A stretch of 64,000 bases of DNA. Origin: Escherichia coli (GTDB lineage: Bacteria; Pseudomonadota; Gammaproteobacteria; Enterobacterales; Enterobacteriaceae). Below, piece by piece: positions 10,787 to 20,180 of this stretch. A program made the translations under genes and the position numbers. The notes beneath the pieces were generated by a model. The model had not been told where the DNA came from and did not search any database. It saw only the letters and a list, made by a program, of their open reading frames with translations. The stretch is taken from the NCBI RefSeq assembly GCF_024223415.1, contig NZ_CP100500.1. One strand, given 5' to 3'. Numbering within the stretch: position 1 is the first letter of the stretch; every line of letters begins with the position of its first letter.

Positions 10787-10937
10787 AACCGGCACTGCAC
10801 TCTATCACTATTACAATATTCTGAGTGACTAGAGCAACTGCTCCGCCATCCGGGCTAGCAGTATGACGACGAATCCGAACTGCACTACAACTGGCACCGG
10901 TACTACAATCCGGGACAGGGACCAGGGAAAGATCACG
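10787..10937 (+). pseudogene. Vestigial orphan rhs core 3' fragment with in-frame stops
   Basis: Translation ...LRHPG*QYDDESELHYNWHRYYNPGQG aligns with the core end ...[27 protein letters not shown] of the upstream rhs (similarity also visible at DNA level); TGA and TAG stops in frame; homology ends at the intron boundary. Confidence 0.5.
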
Positions 10938-11424
10938 GTGTGCCGTAGGCACAAAGATGCAAAACGGGACGTTTTGCATGTAATAAGCATAAGCTTGTGA
11001 AGAGATGGTGGCAGGCCCACCGGGATCTGCTGTCGGAAGTCGGTCCCAAACAACCCCGGCTGCTGTGGTAAAGAGCCAAGGTAGTGAGCGCAGGGGGAAC
11101 GATCAGACGAGATCTGATCCTGTGTGAGATACAGTGAGATGAGTAAACCCGAACCTGTGTTGAAACGTCGTTAGTCCTAAGTGACATCAAAACCGGAGGT
11201 TTCGTGATACCGCCTGGATTAATTTACGGGTGAATTCCGAATGCTGCGTAAATGGTGTCCGGCGTATAGCAGGCATGACGCTGTATCAGGCTCTTTGCAG
11301 GAACTACGGGAACCAGTCGTCGCAATGTCAAGAGAGAAATACAAATAACCGAAATTATGAGTATGAGAGTATCGATGTGCGAAACCGGGGCAGAGCTGTT
11401 CGTAGTAGTGAGGAAGCGTTTGTA

Positions 11425-12725
11425 ATGAATGTGGAGCGAAGGGGCAACGTCGGGCAGTCTGCATCACAGCCCAACTGTAAACAGGAGGAGGCTGCGGGTG
11501 AACAGACAAAACCGTTTCAGGTCAGTAAATTGCATGTGGTGGAAGCGTACCGTCGGGTAAAGGCGAATGCCGGAGCTGCCGGAGTGGATAACCAGACGCT
11601 GAAAGATTTTGAGCGGGATCTGAAAGGAAATCTGTACAAAATCTGGAACAGGTTATCGTCGGGAAGCTGGATGCCGCCGCCAGTGCGTGCGGTGGAAATT
11701 CCGAAGAAGGATGGCAGTAAAAGGCTTTTAGGAATACCGACAGTAAGCGATCGAATAGCGCAGATGACGGTGCTGGTAACGTTTGAACCATTAGTGGAGC
11801 GTTATTTCCTGAATGATTCATACGGATACCGGCATGGAAAATCAGCGCTGGATGCAATAGCAGTTACCAGAAAACGTTGCTGGCAATACGACTGGTGTCT
11901 TGAGTTTGATATTAAAGGGTTATTCGATAATATCCCCCACGATTTATTACTCAGGGCAGTGGATAAACATTGCGCGGATAAATGGGTAAGACTGTATATT
12001 CGCAGGTGGCTGACAGCGCCGGTGCAGATGCCGGATGGAACACTGAAGGAAAGAAATAAAGGTACGCCACAGGGTGGAGTCATCAGTCCGGTACTGGCGA
12101 ATTTATTTCTGCACTATGTGTTTGATAAATGGCTGTCGTTACATTATCCGGAAATTCCCTGGTGTCGTTATGCAGATGATGGATTAATTCATTGTGGCAG
12201 TAAACAACAGGCAGAGGAATTACTGAATAAACTGGCAAAACGTTTTCAGGAATGTGGACTGGAATTACATCCGGAGAAAACGAAAATAGTTTACTGCAAA
12301 GACAGCTAACGACAGGCGAACCACGAAACAGTGCAGTTTGATTTTCTGGGTTATACGTTCAGGGCGAGAAGAGCACGTAATCAGCGAAGTGGAAATCTCT
12401 TTACGAGTTTCAGTCCGGCGGTGAGTAACAGTGCGCAGAAAGGCATGATCGAAAAACTCAGGAAACTGCGGCTCAGACGCAGGGTGGAGATGAGTCTCGA
12501 AGATATTGCGAAAAGGCTGAATCCGATGATATCGGGGTGGCTGAATTATTACGCGAAATACCACAAAGATATATTAATCTGACGCTGATTGCGTGGGCGA
12601 GAAAGAAATATAAAACCCTGCGGTATAGAAAGACGAAGGCGTGTCAGCTAATGGAAAGGCTGTCAAAAGAGAAGCCGGAGTTGTTTGCCCACTGGAATGC
12701 AGGACCGGAAAGCGCGTTTGCCTGA
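11425..12725 (+). pseudogene. Group II intron reverse transcriptase/maturase (IEP), disrupted by an in-frame TAA and a frameshift
   Basis: RT motifs (AGAAGVDNQTL..., GTPQGGVISPVLANLFL, RYADDGLI = YADD box) and X/maturase motifs (FDFLGYTF, ISGWLNYY); TAA at 12307-12309 interrupts the frame; C-terminal segment (12537..12725) is in a different frame; start could alternatively be the upstream ATG at 11230. Confidence 0.75.
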
Positions 12726-12728
12726 CGG

Positions 12729-12762
12729 GAGCCGTATGAAGCGAGAGTTTCACGTACGGTTC
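12729..12762 (+). ncRNA. Group II intron domain V (catalytic hairpin)
   Basis: gagccgtatgaagcgagagtttcacgtacggttc: 10-bp lower stem with AGC triad at positions 2-4, 2-nt bulge on the 3' strand, 4-bp upper stem, GNRA (GAGA) tetraloop; 4 nt after the IEP stop. Confidence 0.7.
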
Positions 12763-12945
12763 TGCGAGAGGCTGTCGGGGAGGTTCCGGTGGCCTACTCA
12801 CTTAACGCTGCTTTTTTGTACTAAATAATTCGCATTTTATGTTTAAAAATTGAGATATTCCCCATTACCTAAAGCTGTTTTTTATTGCTTATACATGATC
12901 AAATACTCCTTACATAATTAAGGAGAACAAAATGGAATTAAAAAA

Positions 12946-14067
12946 TTGATGGAACATATTTCTGTTATCCCCGATTACAGACAAGCCTGGAAAGTGGAAC
13001 ATAAATTATCGGATATTCTACTGTTGACTATTTGTGCCGTTATTTCTGGTGCAGAAGGTTGGGAAGATATAGAGGATTTTGGGGAAACACATCTCGATTT
13101 TTTGAAGCAATATGGTGATTTTGAAAATGGTATTCCTGTTCACGATACCATTGCCAGAGTTGTATCCTGTATCAGTCCTGCAAAATTTCACGAGTGCTTT
13201 ATTAACTGGATGCGTGACTGCCATTCTTCAGATGATAAAGACGTCATTGCAATTGATGGAATAACGCTCCGGCACTCTTATGATAAGAGTCGTCGCAGGG
13301 GAGCGATTCATGTCATTAGTGCGTTCTCAACAATGCACAGTCTGGTCCTCGGACAGATCAGGACGGATGAGAAATCTAATGAGATTACAGCTATTCCTGA
13401 ACTTCTTAACATGATGGATATTAAAGGAAAAATCATCACAACTGATGCGATGGGTTGCCAGAAAGATATTGCAGAAAAGATACAAAAACAGGGAGGGGAT
13501 TATTTATTCGCTGTAAAGGGAAATCAGGGGCGACTAAATAAAGCCTTTGAGGAAAAATTCCCGCTGAAAGAATTAAATAATCCAGAGCATGACAGTTACG
13601 CAATCAGTGAAAAGAGTCACGGCAGAGAAGAAATCCGTCTTCATATTGTTTACGATGTCCCTGATGAACTTATTGATTTCACGTTTGAATGGAAAGGGCT
13701 GAAGAAATTATGCGTGGCAGTCTCCTTTCGGTCCATAATAGCAGAACAAAAGAAAGAGCCAAAAATGACGGTCAGATATTATATCAGTTCTGCTGATTTA
13801 ACCGCAGAGAAGTTCGCCACAGCAATCCGAAACCACTGGCACGTGGAGAATAAGCTGCACTGGCGTCTGGACGTGGTAATGAATGAAGACGACTGCAAAA
13901 TAAGAAGAGGAAATGCAGCAGAATTATTTTCAGGGATACGGCACATTGCTATTAATATTTTGACGAATGATAAGGTATTCAAGGCAGGGTTAAGACGTAA
14001 GATGCGAAAAGCAGCCATGGACAGAAACTATCTGGCGTCAGTCCTTGCGGGGAGCGGGCTTTCGTAA
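12946..14067 (+). CDS. ydcC: H-repeat-associated protein (ISAs1-family transposase), Rhs-linked
   Basis: ORF 12946..14067 (373 aa as called from a TTG; next codon is ATG) with DDE-type transposase sequence; an upstream ATG at 12932 with AGGAG RBS (12921-12925) is out of frame because of a 6-A run at 12940-12945. Confidence 0.85.
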   Translation: MMEHISVIPDYRQAWKVEHKLSDILLLTICAVISGAEGWEDIEDFGETHLDFLKQYGDFENGIPVHDTIARVVSCISPAKFHECFINWMRDCHSSDDKDVIAIDGITLRHSYDKSRRRGAIHVISAFSTMHSLVLGQIRTDEKSNEITAIPELLNMMDIKGKIITTDAMGCQKDIAEKIQKQGGDYLFAVKGNQGRLNKAFEEKFPLKELNNPEHDSYAISEKSHGREEIRLHIVYDVPDELIDFTFEWKGLKKLCVAVSFRSIIAEQKKEPKMTVRYYISSADLTAEKFATAIRNHWHVENKLHWRLDVVMNEDDCKIRRGNAAELFSGIRHIAINILTNDKVFKAGLRRKMRKAAMDRNYLASVLAGSGLS

Positions 14068-14377
14068 TCTTGCCCTGGTTCGTTGAGTTTTTCTGCATTG
14101 CCGGTAATTTTTGCATCTTCTTTGTCCGTGGCTTGTTTCAGCGTCTATAATGGGCGTTAATAAATTGGCAAGTCGGGAACTTGATGTTTTCTTAATGGTA
14201 TGTAGGCAGAAGAATATGTTCTGCAAGTTGACGATTTGTTGGTGCTTTATTTAAAAGGGTGTAGTGCAAATATCTACAATTTCAAGTAGGCATTATTGTC
14301 GTAAAAACGCATCACCGGACATACGACATTCACAATGTGTGTTAATTTTACTGACATCTTTCAAAAGGAGCACAATC

Positions 14378-14605
14378 ATGCCGCACATCGACATTAAATG
14401 TTTTCCGCGTGAACTGGACGAACAACAAAAAGCAGCACTTGCTACAGATATTACCGACGTTATTATTCGCCATCTGAACAGTAAAGACAGTTCGATAAGC
14501 ATTGCTCTACAGCAGATTCAACCAGAATCTTGGCAAGCTATCTGGGATGCCGAAATCGCGCCCCAAATGGAGGCTTTGATAAAGAAACCCGGTTACAGCA
14601 TGTAA
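14378..14605 (+). CDS. pptA: Tautomerase PptA (4-oxalocrotonate tautomerase family), 75 aa
   Basis: [21 protein letters not shown]...; AAGGAG RBS 8 nt upstream of the ATG at 14378; the longer upstream extension in the ORF track has no support. Confidence 0.88.
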   Translation: MPHIDIKCFPRELDEQQKAALATDITDVIIRHLNSKDSSISIALQQIQPESWQAIWDAEIAPQMEALIKKPGYSM

Positions 14606-14608
14606 TGC

Positions 14609-15178
14609 TTAACCCGCCGTAACTCGCTTGCCGCTGGTAACAAACGTGCCAGCACCTAAATGATGCAACGTATTGAGCTTATCATCATCAAACTGCCAGC
14701 GGCCTTCGACAAATACCCGTGCGTCTGCCGCTGCTGATACCACCTCGCCAAACAGCGTGTCGTATTTTTGTTGCGCAGAAGTCGCAGGTAGCAGGCGGCA
14801 CTCCATCCACGCCAGGCATTTCTCTTCAACAAGTGGCAAACCAAGCACCGGACCTTTCATCACCGGAATGCCGTAGCAATTAAATTTATCTTCTTCACGC
14901 CCAGATACACTTCCCACTGCCCACGTCCAGTTAGTTGCTGCAACGCCCGGGATAACGATGCCAAATTTACCGTTACGTTCAATCAACTCCCTGGTCCATG
15001 TCGATTTATCTACCACAATCGCCACGCGTGGAGGTTCAAACTCCACCGGCATTGACCAGGCTGCTGCCATAATGTTACGCCGCTGGGATTGCTCATCGAA
15101 ACTGGTGATCAAGACAGTTGGGCCATGATTTAACAGACGGCTGGCATGGTGTAATTCTATGGGGATGAATCGGCTCAT
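14609..15178 (-). CDS. yddH: Flavin reductase-like protein YddH, 189 aa
   Basis: Start refined to ATG at 15176-15178 (MSRFIPIELHH...); flavin reductase-like domain. Confidence 0.88.
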   Translation of the reverse strand: MSRFIPIELHHASRLLNHGPTVLITSFDEQSQRRNIMAAAWSMPVEFEPPRVAIVVDKSTWTRELIERNGKFGIVIPGVAATNWTWAVGSVSGREEDKFNCYGIPVMKGPVLGLPLVEEKCLAWMECRLLPATSAQQKYDTLFGEVVSAAADARVFVEGRWQFDDDKLNTLHHLGAGTFVTSGKRVTAG

Positions 15179-15350
15179 GGTATCGCCTCGCGAAGAAGGT
15201 TTTTTTAAGCGTAGTCCGTAACGCAATAAGTAACGAAATTAACGGGATTGGCGATTTGCGAACGTGATGCATGTCCGCGATCGCACAAAATAGCCGGTGC
15301 GGCGTCTATTCCAGGTTATAAGTTGAGAAAACCACTAAGGGAAACGCCTG

Positions 15351-16196
15351 ATGACGCCCATTCTGAATCACTATTTTGCCCGTATTAACTGGTCGGGAGC
15401 TGCTGCGGTCAATATTGATACGCTTCGTGCATTGCACCTGAAACACAATTGCACCATTCCGTTTGAAAACCTCGACGTTTTGCTGCCGAGGGAAATACAG
15501 CTTGATGATCAATCTCTGGAAGAGAAATTGGTGTTCGCCCGGCGTGGCGGTTACTGCTTTGAACAGAATGGTGTGTTTGAGCGGGTATTACGCGAGCTGG
15601 GTTTTCAAGTACGCAGTCTGTTAGGTCGCGTAGTGTTATCTAATCCGCCAGCATTACCGCCGCGTACACATCGTTTGCTGTTGGTGGAGCTGGAAGGAGA
15701 AAAATGGATTGCTGATGTCGGTTTCGGTGGAAAGACATTGACTGCGCCGATTCGTTTAGTGGCGGATATCGCACAAATAACGCCACATGGCGAATATCGG
15801 CTTTTACAGGAAGGGGATGACTGGATTTTGCAGTTTAATCATCATCAGCACTGGCAGTCGATGTACCTTTTTGATCTCTGCGAGCAACAACAAAGCGATT
15901 ATGTGATGGGTAATTTCTGGTCGGCGCACTGGCCGCAATCGCATTTTCGCCATCATTTGCTGATGTGCCGCCATTTGCCGGACGGTGGCAAGATAACGCT
16001 GACCAATTTTCATTTCACCCATTATGAAAATGGGCACGCGGTGGAGCAGCGAAATCTACCTGATGTGGCGTCGTTATATGCTGTGATGCAGGAACAGTTT
16101 GGTCTGGGCGTAGATGACGCAAAGCATGGCTTTACCGTGGATGAACTGGCGTTGGTGATAGCGGCGTTTGATACGCACCCGGAGGCGGGAAAATAA
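15351..16196 (+). CDS. nhoA: Arylamine N-acetyltransferase (N-hydroxyarylamine O-acetyltransferase), 281 aa
   Basis: NAT family sequence with catalytic Cys (RGGYCFEQN); length matches NhoA. Confidence 0.93.
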   Translation: MTPILNHYFARINWSGAAAVNIDTLRALHLKHNCTIPFENLDVLLPREIQLDDQSLEEKLVFARRGGYCFEQNGVFERVLRELGFQVRSLLGRVVLSNPPALPPRTHRLLLVELEGEKWIADVGFGGKTLTAPIRLVADIAQITPHGEYRLLQEGDDWILQFNHHQHWQSMYLFDLCEQQQSDYVMGNFWSAHWPQSHFRHHLLMCRHLPDGGKITLTNFHFTHYENGHAVEQRNLPDVASLYAVMQEQFGLGVDDAKHGFTVDELALVIAAFDTHPEAGK

Positions 16197-16206
16197 TATA
16201 TGTCAG

Positions 16207-16286
16207 GTTGCCGGATGCGGCGTAAACGCCTTATCCGGCATACATTAGCTCGGTTGTAGACCTGATAAGCGAAGCGCATCAGGCAA
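16207..16286. repeat. REP/BIME element (two REP units)
   Basis: gccggatgcggcgtaaacgccttatccggc ... tgtagacctgataagcgaagcgcatcaggca between convergent nhoA and yddE. Confidence 0.6.
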
Positions 16287-16291
16287 CGGTT

Positions 16292-17185
16292 TCAGAGTTT
16301 AATTGCCCATTCGGCATGAAACAAAATCACCGCCGCGCCAGAAATGGTGACTTTTTCCGGTTGGTTATCACGAATTGTCACCGTCACTTCAATCATACCG
16401 TCACGCCCCAATGCGCGCCCCTGATGGCCTTTAACACGCAACACGTTGCCATCGTGGGGCAATACGTTGTGATGTACCAACCATGCACCCATCGGGCCAT
16501 TGGCATTGCCAGTCACCGGATCTTCCACAATACCAATCGCAGGCGAGAACATGCGACCATCGGTTTCGTTTTTGCCTGGGCGGATCTGGAACGGGAAGAA
16601 ACCATTGCAGCCAATCTGTTTGCTGATAGCGGTCAGCGCATTAAGGTCAGGCGAAAGGGCGTCGATATCCACTTCCGGTTTCAGTGGGATCATCACTTTT
16701 GAGTGTCCTGTGGTTGCCACCTGAATTGGCAAGCCTGGCAGAATATCGTCTTCAGTGAGATGAAGCGCGTTGATGATCGCCGCACGTGTTTTACCTTCCA
16801 GCGGTGGCTCAAAGCCCGGCGTACCTTGTTCCAGCGAAATACGATAATCATCGTTGTGCTTTTCGATAGTCACGCGATGTTTTCCTGCCAGTGACGTTTG
16901 CCAGATCGTGCAATTTCCTAAACCTAACGCCTTCGCACGTACATAGTGCGCAGCTACTGTCGCGTGACCGCAAATAGGCACTTCAACTGTTGGCGTAAAG
17001 TAGCGGATGCGCACATCGCTGTCGTCGCTGTGCAGCAGAAAAGCGGTTTCCGAATGACCTAATTCGCGGGCGATAAGCTGCATTTGCGCTTCGCTAAGAT
17101 TATCGGCGGGGAAAACAACACCGGCAGAATTGCCGCGAAATGGTTGAGAGGTAAAAGCATCGACGTGGTAAACCTGCGGTTTCAT
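16292..17185 (-). CDS. yddE: PhzF-family isomerase-like protein, 297 aa
   Basis: PhzF/DapF-like fold sequence; length matches YddE. Confidence 0.88.
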   Translation of the reverse strand: MKPQVYHVDAFTSQPFRGNSAGVVFPADNLSEAQMQLIARELGHSETAFLLHSDDSDVRIRYFTPTVEVPICGHATVAAHYVRAKALGLGNCTIWQTSLAGKHRVTIEKHNDDYRISLEQGTPGFEPPLEGKTRAAIINALHLTEDDILPGLPIQVATTGHSKVMIPLKPEVDIDALSPDLNALTAISKQIGCNGFFPFQIRPGKNETDGRMFSPAIGIVEDPVTGNANGPMGAWLVHHNVLPHDGNVLRVKGHQGRALGRDGMIEVTVTIRDNQPEKVTISGAAVILFHAEWAIKL

Positions 17186-17263
17186 TAACGTTCTCCTGTG
17201 ACTGGAGAACTATCATAGCCTGCAAGTGGCCGGAGAGCGAAGGGCTATCCGGCCAGGGTGAAA

Positions 17264-17944
17264 TTATCGCCGCGAGCGCACAATCTGATACCGACGAGTA
17301 AAGTACTCAAACGGGGCGCTCCACACATGCACCAGTCGGGTGAACGGGAAGAGCACGAAGATGGTCATTCCCAACACCAGATGCAGGCGGAAGACGAACG
17401 CTACACCGTTAAGCATCTCTGACGATCCACCACGGAAAGTGACAATGCTTTGCGCCCAACCCACCAGCTTCATCATTTCGCTACCATCAGGATACTGTGC
17501 TGAAAACGGTATGGTGCTTAGCCCCAACAGACACTGGACCAGCAAAATGCTCATGATGATGATATCCGGCGTAGTGGAAGTGGCACGCACGCGCTGATTT
17601 GTCAGCCTGCGCCACAGCAGTCCTGCGCCACCAATCAACGTCAACACACCGCAAATGCCTCCGAGCACCATCGCCATTAGTTGTTTCGCTGCCACCGGCA
17701 AAAACCACGCGTACATCCAGTGCGGCGTTAACATGCCGAACAGGTGCCCGAAGAAAATCCCCAAAATGCCAATATGGAACAGATTCGACCATATCACCAT
17801 CCCGCGTTTATCGAGCATTTGACTTGAGGAGGCGCGCCAGGTGTACTGCCCGTAGTCGTAGCGCAGCCAGCTGCCGAGGAAAAACACCGTCGCACAAATG
17901 TACGGGTAGATATCGTAAAAAAAGACGTTCAGATACTGAATCAT
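17264..17944 (-). CDS. narV: Respiratory nitrate reductase 2 gamma subunit (membrane cytochrome b), 226 aa
   Basis: NarI-family heme-ligating membrane protein; 4-nt overlap with narW (translational coupling). Confidence 0.93.
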   Translation of the reverse strand: MIQYLNVFFYDIYPYICATVFFLGSWLRYDYGQYTWRASSSQMLDKRGMVIWSNLFHIGILGIFFGHLFGMLTPHWMYAWFLPVAAKQLMAMVLGGICGVLTLIGGAGLLWRRLTNQRVRATSTTPDIIIMSILLVQCLLGLSTIPFSAQYPDGSEMMKLVGWAQSIVTFRGGSSEMLNGVAFVFRLHLVLGMTIFVLFPFTRLVHVWSAPFEYFTRRYQIVRSRR

Positions 17945-18636
17945 TTCCCACCTCCCGCACTGATATCGACATATTGCGGCGCGACATCCTGGCTAAAGCG
18001 TCGCTGATATTGATTAAGCGGCGAGCTGTCACACGCCGTGGCGTTATCTTCAATAAACTTCACCTGTTCCTCTTCCCACACTGCATCCAGCGCCTGGCGG
18101 GTGTCATCGCGCTCTTCGCTGTTTACTTGTTTTGTGACACTGTCACTTGAAAGTGTACTTCCCGCCAGTTGCAGCAGAGCATCATACAACGCGTACCACG
18201 GTGCCTCGCGTTGTTTTAAGCGACCGCCAAGCAGGGCGAGGATCGGCGCAACATTGAGCAATCCTTCTTTCGCCTGATCGTCAGGCAGTACGCTTAAATA
18301 CTCCAGATACAGCGGTAGATAATCGGGCAGTTCCCGACAATCCAGCTGCAGGCCGACCTTTTCATACTCCGCCAGCAGGTCCACCATTGCCTGGCCGCGA
18401 TCGCGGGACTCGGCATGAACATGTTCGAACAGCAGCAGCGACGTAGTGCGCCCGCGGTCAAACACTTCGCACCATTCGGCCTGTTTATCCAGCAGCGGCG
18501 CGTTAAGCAGGTTGTGGGTGAAATCCGTAAGCATCGGCGCGTCGCGGCGGATCAACGCCAGCGCGTCCTCCTTGCATTCCCACAACAGCTCGTCCGGATA
18601 CTCCATCAACAGGCCGATCACTTTGAGGATCTGCAT
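17941..18636 (-). CDS. narW: Nitrate reductase 2 assembly chaperone (delta), 231 aa
   Basis: NarJ-family sequence; position between narY and narV. Confidence 0.93.
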   Translation of the reverse strand: MQILKVIGLLMEYPDELLWECKEDALALIRRDAPMLTDFTHNLLNAPLLDKQAEWCEVFDRGRTTSLLLFEHVHAESRDRGQAMVDLLAEYEKVGLQLDCRELPDYLPLYLEYLSVLPDDQAKEGLLNVAPILALLGGRLKQREAPWYALYDALLQLAGSTLSSDSVTKQVNSEERDDTRQALDAVWEEEQVKFIEDNATACDSSPLNQYQRRFSQDVAPQYVDISAGGGK

Positions 18637-20180
18637 TATTCGCCCTCCGCTTTGTCGCGCACTTCGGTGATGTTGATGGCATCGATACGGCTACTGTTGA
18701 ACAGGTTGAATTTACTGTCCGAACCGTGGCAACCGTCGCCAAAGGTAAAACCGCAGCCGTTGCGTTCTGCGAAGGCATCGCCCGCCATTTCCCGATGGCT
18801 GGTCGGGATAACAAAACGATCTTCATAGTTGGCAATGGCGAGATAGCGATACATTTCTTCGACCTGGGCGACGCTCAGGCCTACTTCGTCGATGGCACGA
18901 GTATCAGTAACGCCTTCCACGGTTTGTGAACGCATATAGTGGCGCATCGCCATCATCCGTTTCAGCGCCCGCAGTACCGGACCAGTATCACCGGCACTCA
19001 ACATATTGGCGAGATATTGCACTGGAATACGCAGGCTTTCGATGGCGGGGAGCACGCCTTCGCTTTTCGGCAAACCGCCCGCATCAGCGTAAGACTGAAT
19101 CGGTGACAGCGGAGGAACGTACCAGACCATCGGCAGGGTGCGGTATTCAGGGTGCAACGGTAGCGCCAGTTTCCAGTCCATCGCCATTTTGTAGACAGGC
19201 GAACGCTGGGCAGCGTCAATCACATTTTGTGGAATACCTTGTTTCAGGGCTTCCTCGATCACTGAGGGATCGTGCGGATCGAGGAACACTTCGCACTGGC
19301 GTTCATAGAGGTCAACCTCGCGCTCGGTGCTTGCCGCTTCCTCAATGCGGTCGGCGTCGTAAAGCAGCACGCCCAGATACCGGATGCGACCCACGCAGGT
19401 TTCTGAGCAAACGGTCGGTTGACCGGACTCAATTCGTGGGTAACAGAAGATACATTTTTCTGACTTGCCGCTTTTCCAGTTGAAGTAGATTTTTTTGTAC
19501 GGACAACCGCTAATGCACAAACGCCAGCCACGGCATTTATCCTGATCAATCAGCACAATGCCGTCTTCTTCGCGTTTGTAGATAGCGCCGCTTGGGCAGG
19601 TCGCCACGCAGCTGGGATTGAGGCAGTGTTCGCACAGGCGCGGCAGGTACATCATGAAGGTGTTTTCAAACTGCCCGTACATCTCCTTTTGCATGGCCTC
19701 GAAGTTGCGGTCGCGGGCACGTTTTTCAAACTCGCCGCCCAGCAGTTCTTCCCAGTTTGGCCCCCAGATCACTTTGTCCATCCGCTTACCGTCAATCAGC
19801 GAACGCGGGCGAGCAGTAGGGATATGTTTGCCTTCCGGTGCGCTATGCAAATGTTCGTAGTCGAAGGTGAAAGGTTCGTAGTAATCATCAATCTGCGGCA
19901 CCACCGGGTTGGCGAAGATTTTGGTTATTACGCCCATCTTACTGCCCAGACGCGGGCGTATCTTGCCATTCACATCGCGGACCCAGCCGCCTTGCCACTC
20001 TTCCTGATCTTCCCAGTTTTTCGGATAACCAATGCCCGGTTTGGTTTCGACGTTGTTAAACCATGCGTACTCCATGCCTTCGCGTCCGGTCCAGACGTTT
20101 TTACAGGTCACCGAACAGGTATGGCAGCCGATACATTTATCGAGATTAAGCACCATGCCGACTTGCGAACGGATTATCAT
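18636..20180 (-). CDS. narY: Nitrate reductase 2 beta subunit (Fe-S), 514 aa
   Basis: Four Cys clusters (CIGCHTCSVTC, CEHCLNPSC, ...); overlaps narZ by 4 nt. Confidence 0.95.
   Translation of the reverse strand: MIIRSQVGMVLNLDKCIGCHTCSVTCKNVWTGREGMEYAWFNNVETKPGIGYPKNWEDQEEWQGGWVRDVNGKIRPRLGSKMGVITKIFANPVVPQIDDYYEPFTFDYEHLHSAPEGKHIPTARPRSLIDGKRMDKVIWGPNWEELLGGEFEKRARDRNFEAMQKEMYGQFENTFMMYLPRLCEHCLNPSCVATCPSGAIYKREEDGIVLIDQDKCRGWRLCISGCPYKKIYFNWKSGKSEKCIFCYPRIESGQPTVCSETCVGRIRYLGVLLYDADRIEEAASTEREVDLYERQCEVFLDPHDPSVIEEALKQGIPQNVIDAAQRSPVYKMAMDWKLALPLHPEYRTLPMVWYVPPLSPIQSYADAGGLPKSEGVLPAIESLRIPVQYLANMLSAGDTGPVLRALKRMMAMRHYMRSQTVEGVTDTRAIDEVGLSVAQVEEMYRYLAIANYEDRFVIPTSHREMAGDAFAERNGCGFTFGDGCHGSDSKFNLFNSSRIDAINITEVRDKAEGE

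Larger units (their letters stand above)
10938..12801 (+). mobile_element. Bacterial group II intron (~1.86 kb) with a degenerate intron-encoded protein
   Basis: 5' end GTGTG (GUGYG consensus) at 10938; ~490 nt of structured RNA before the ORF; RT/maturase ORF in domain IV; canonical domain V at 12729-12762; domain VI-like helix with bulged A near 12796; 3' end near 12801 (boundaries +/- a few nt). Confidence 0.75.

Noticed and set aside
11230-11424. Upstream extension of the intron ORF (MNSECCVNGVRRIAG...)
   Set aside because: This region should be intron RNA domains I-III; the peptide has no RT similarity, and conserved RT sequence only begins after the ATG at 11425.
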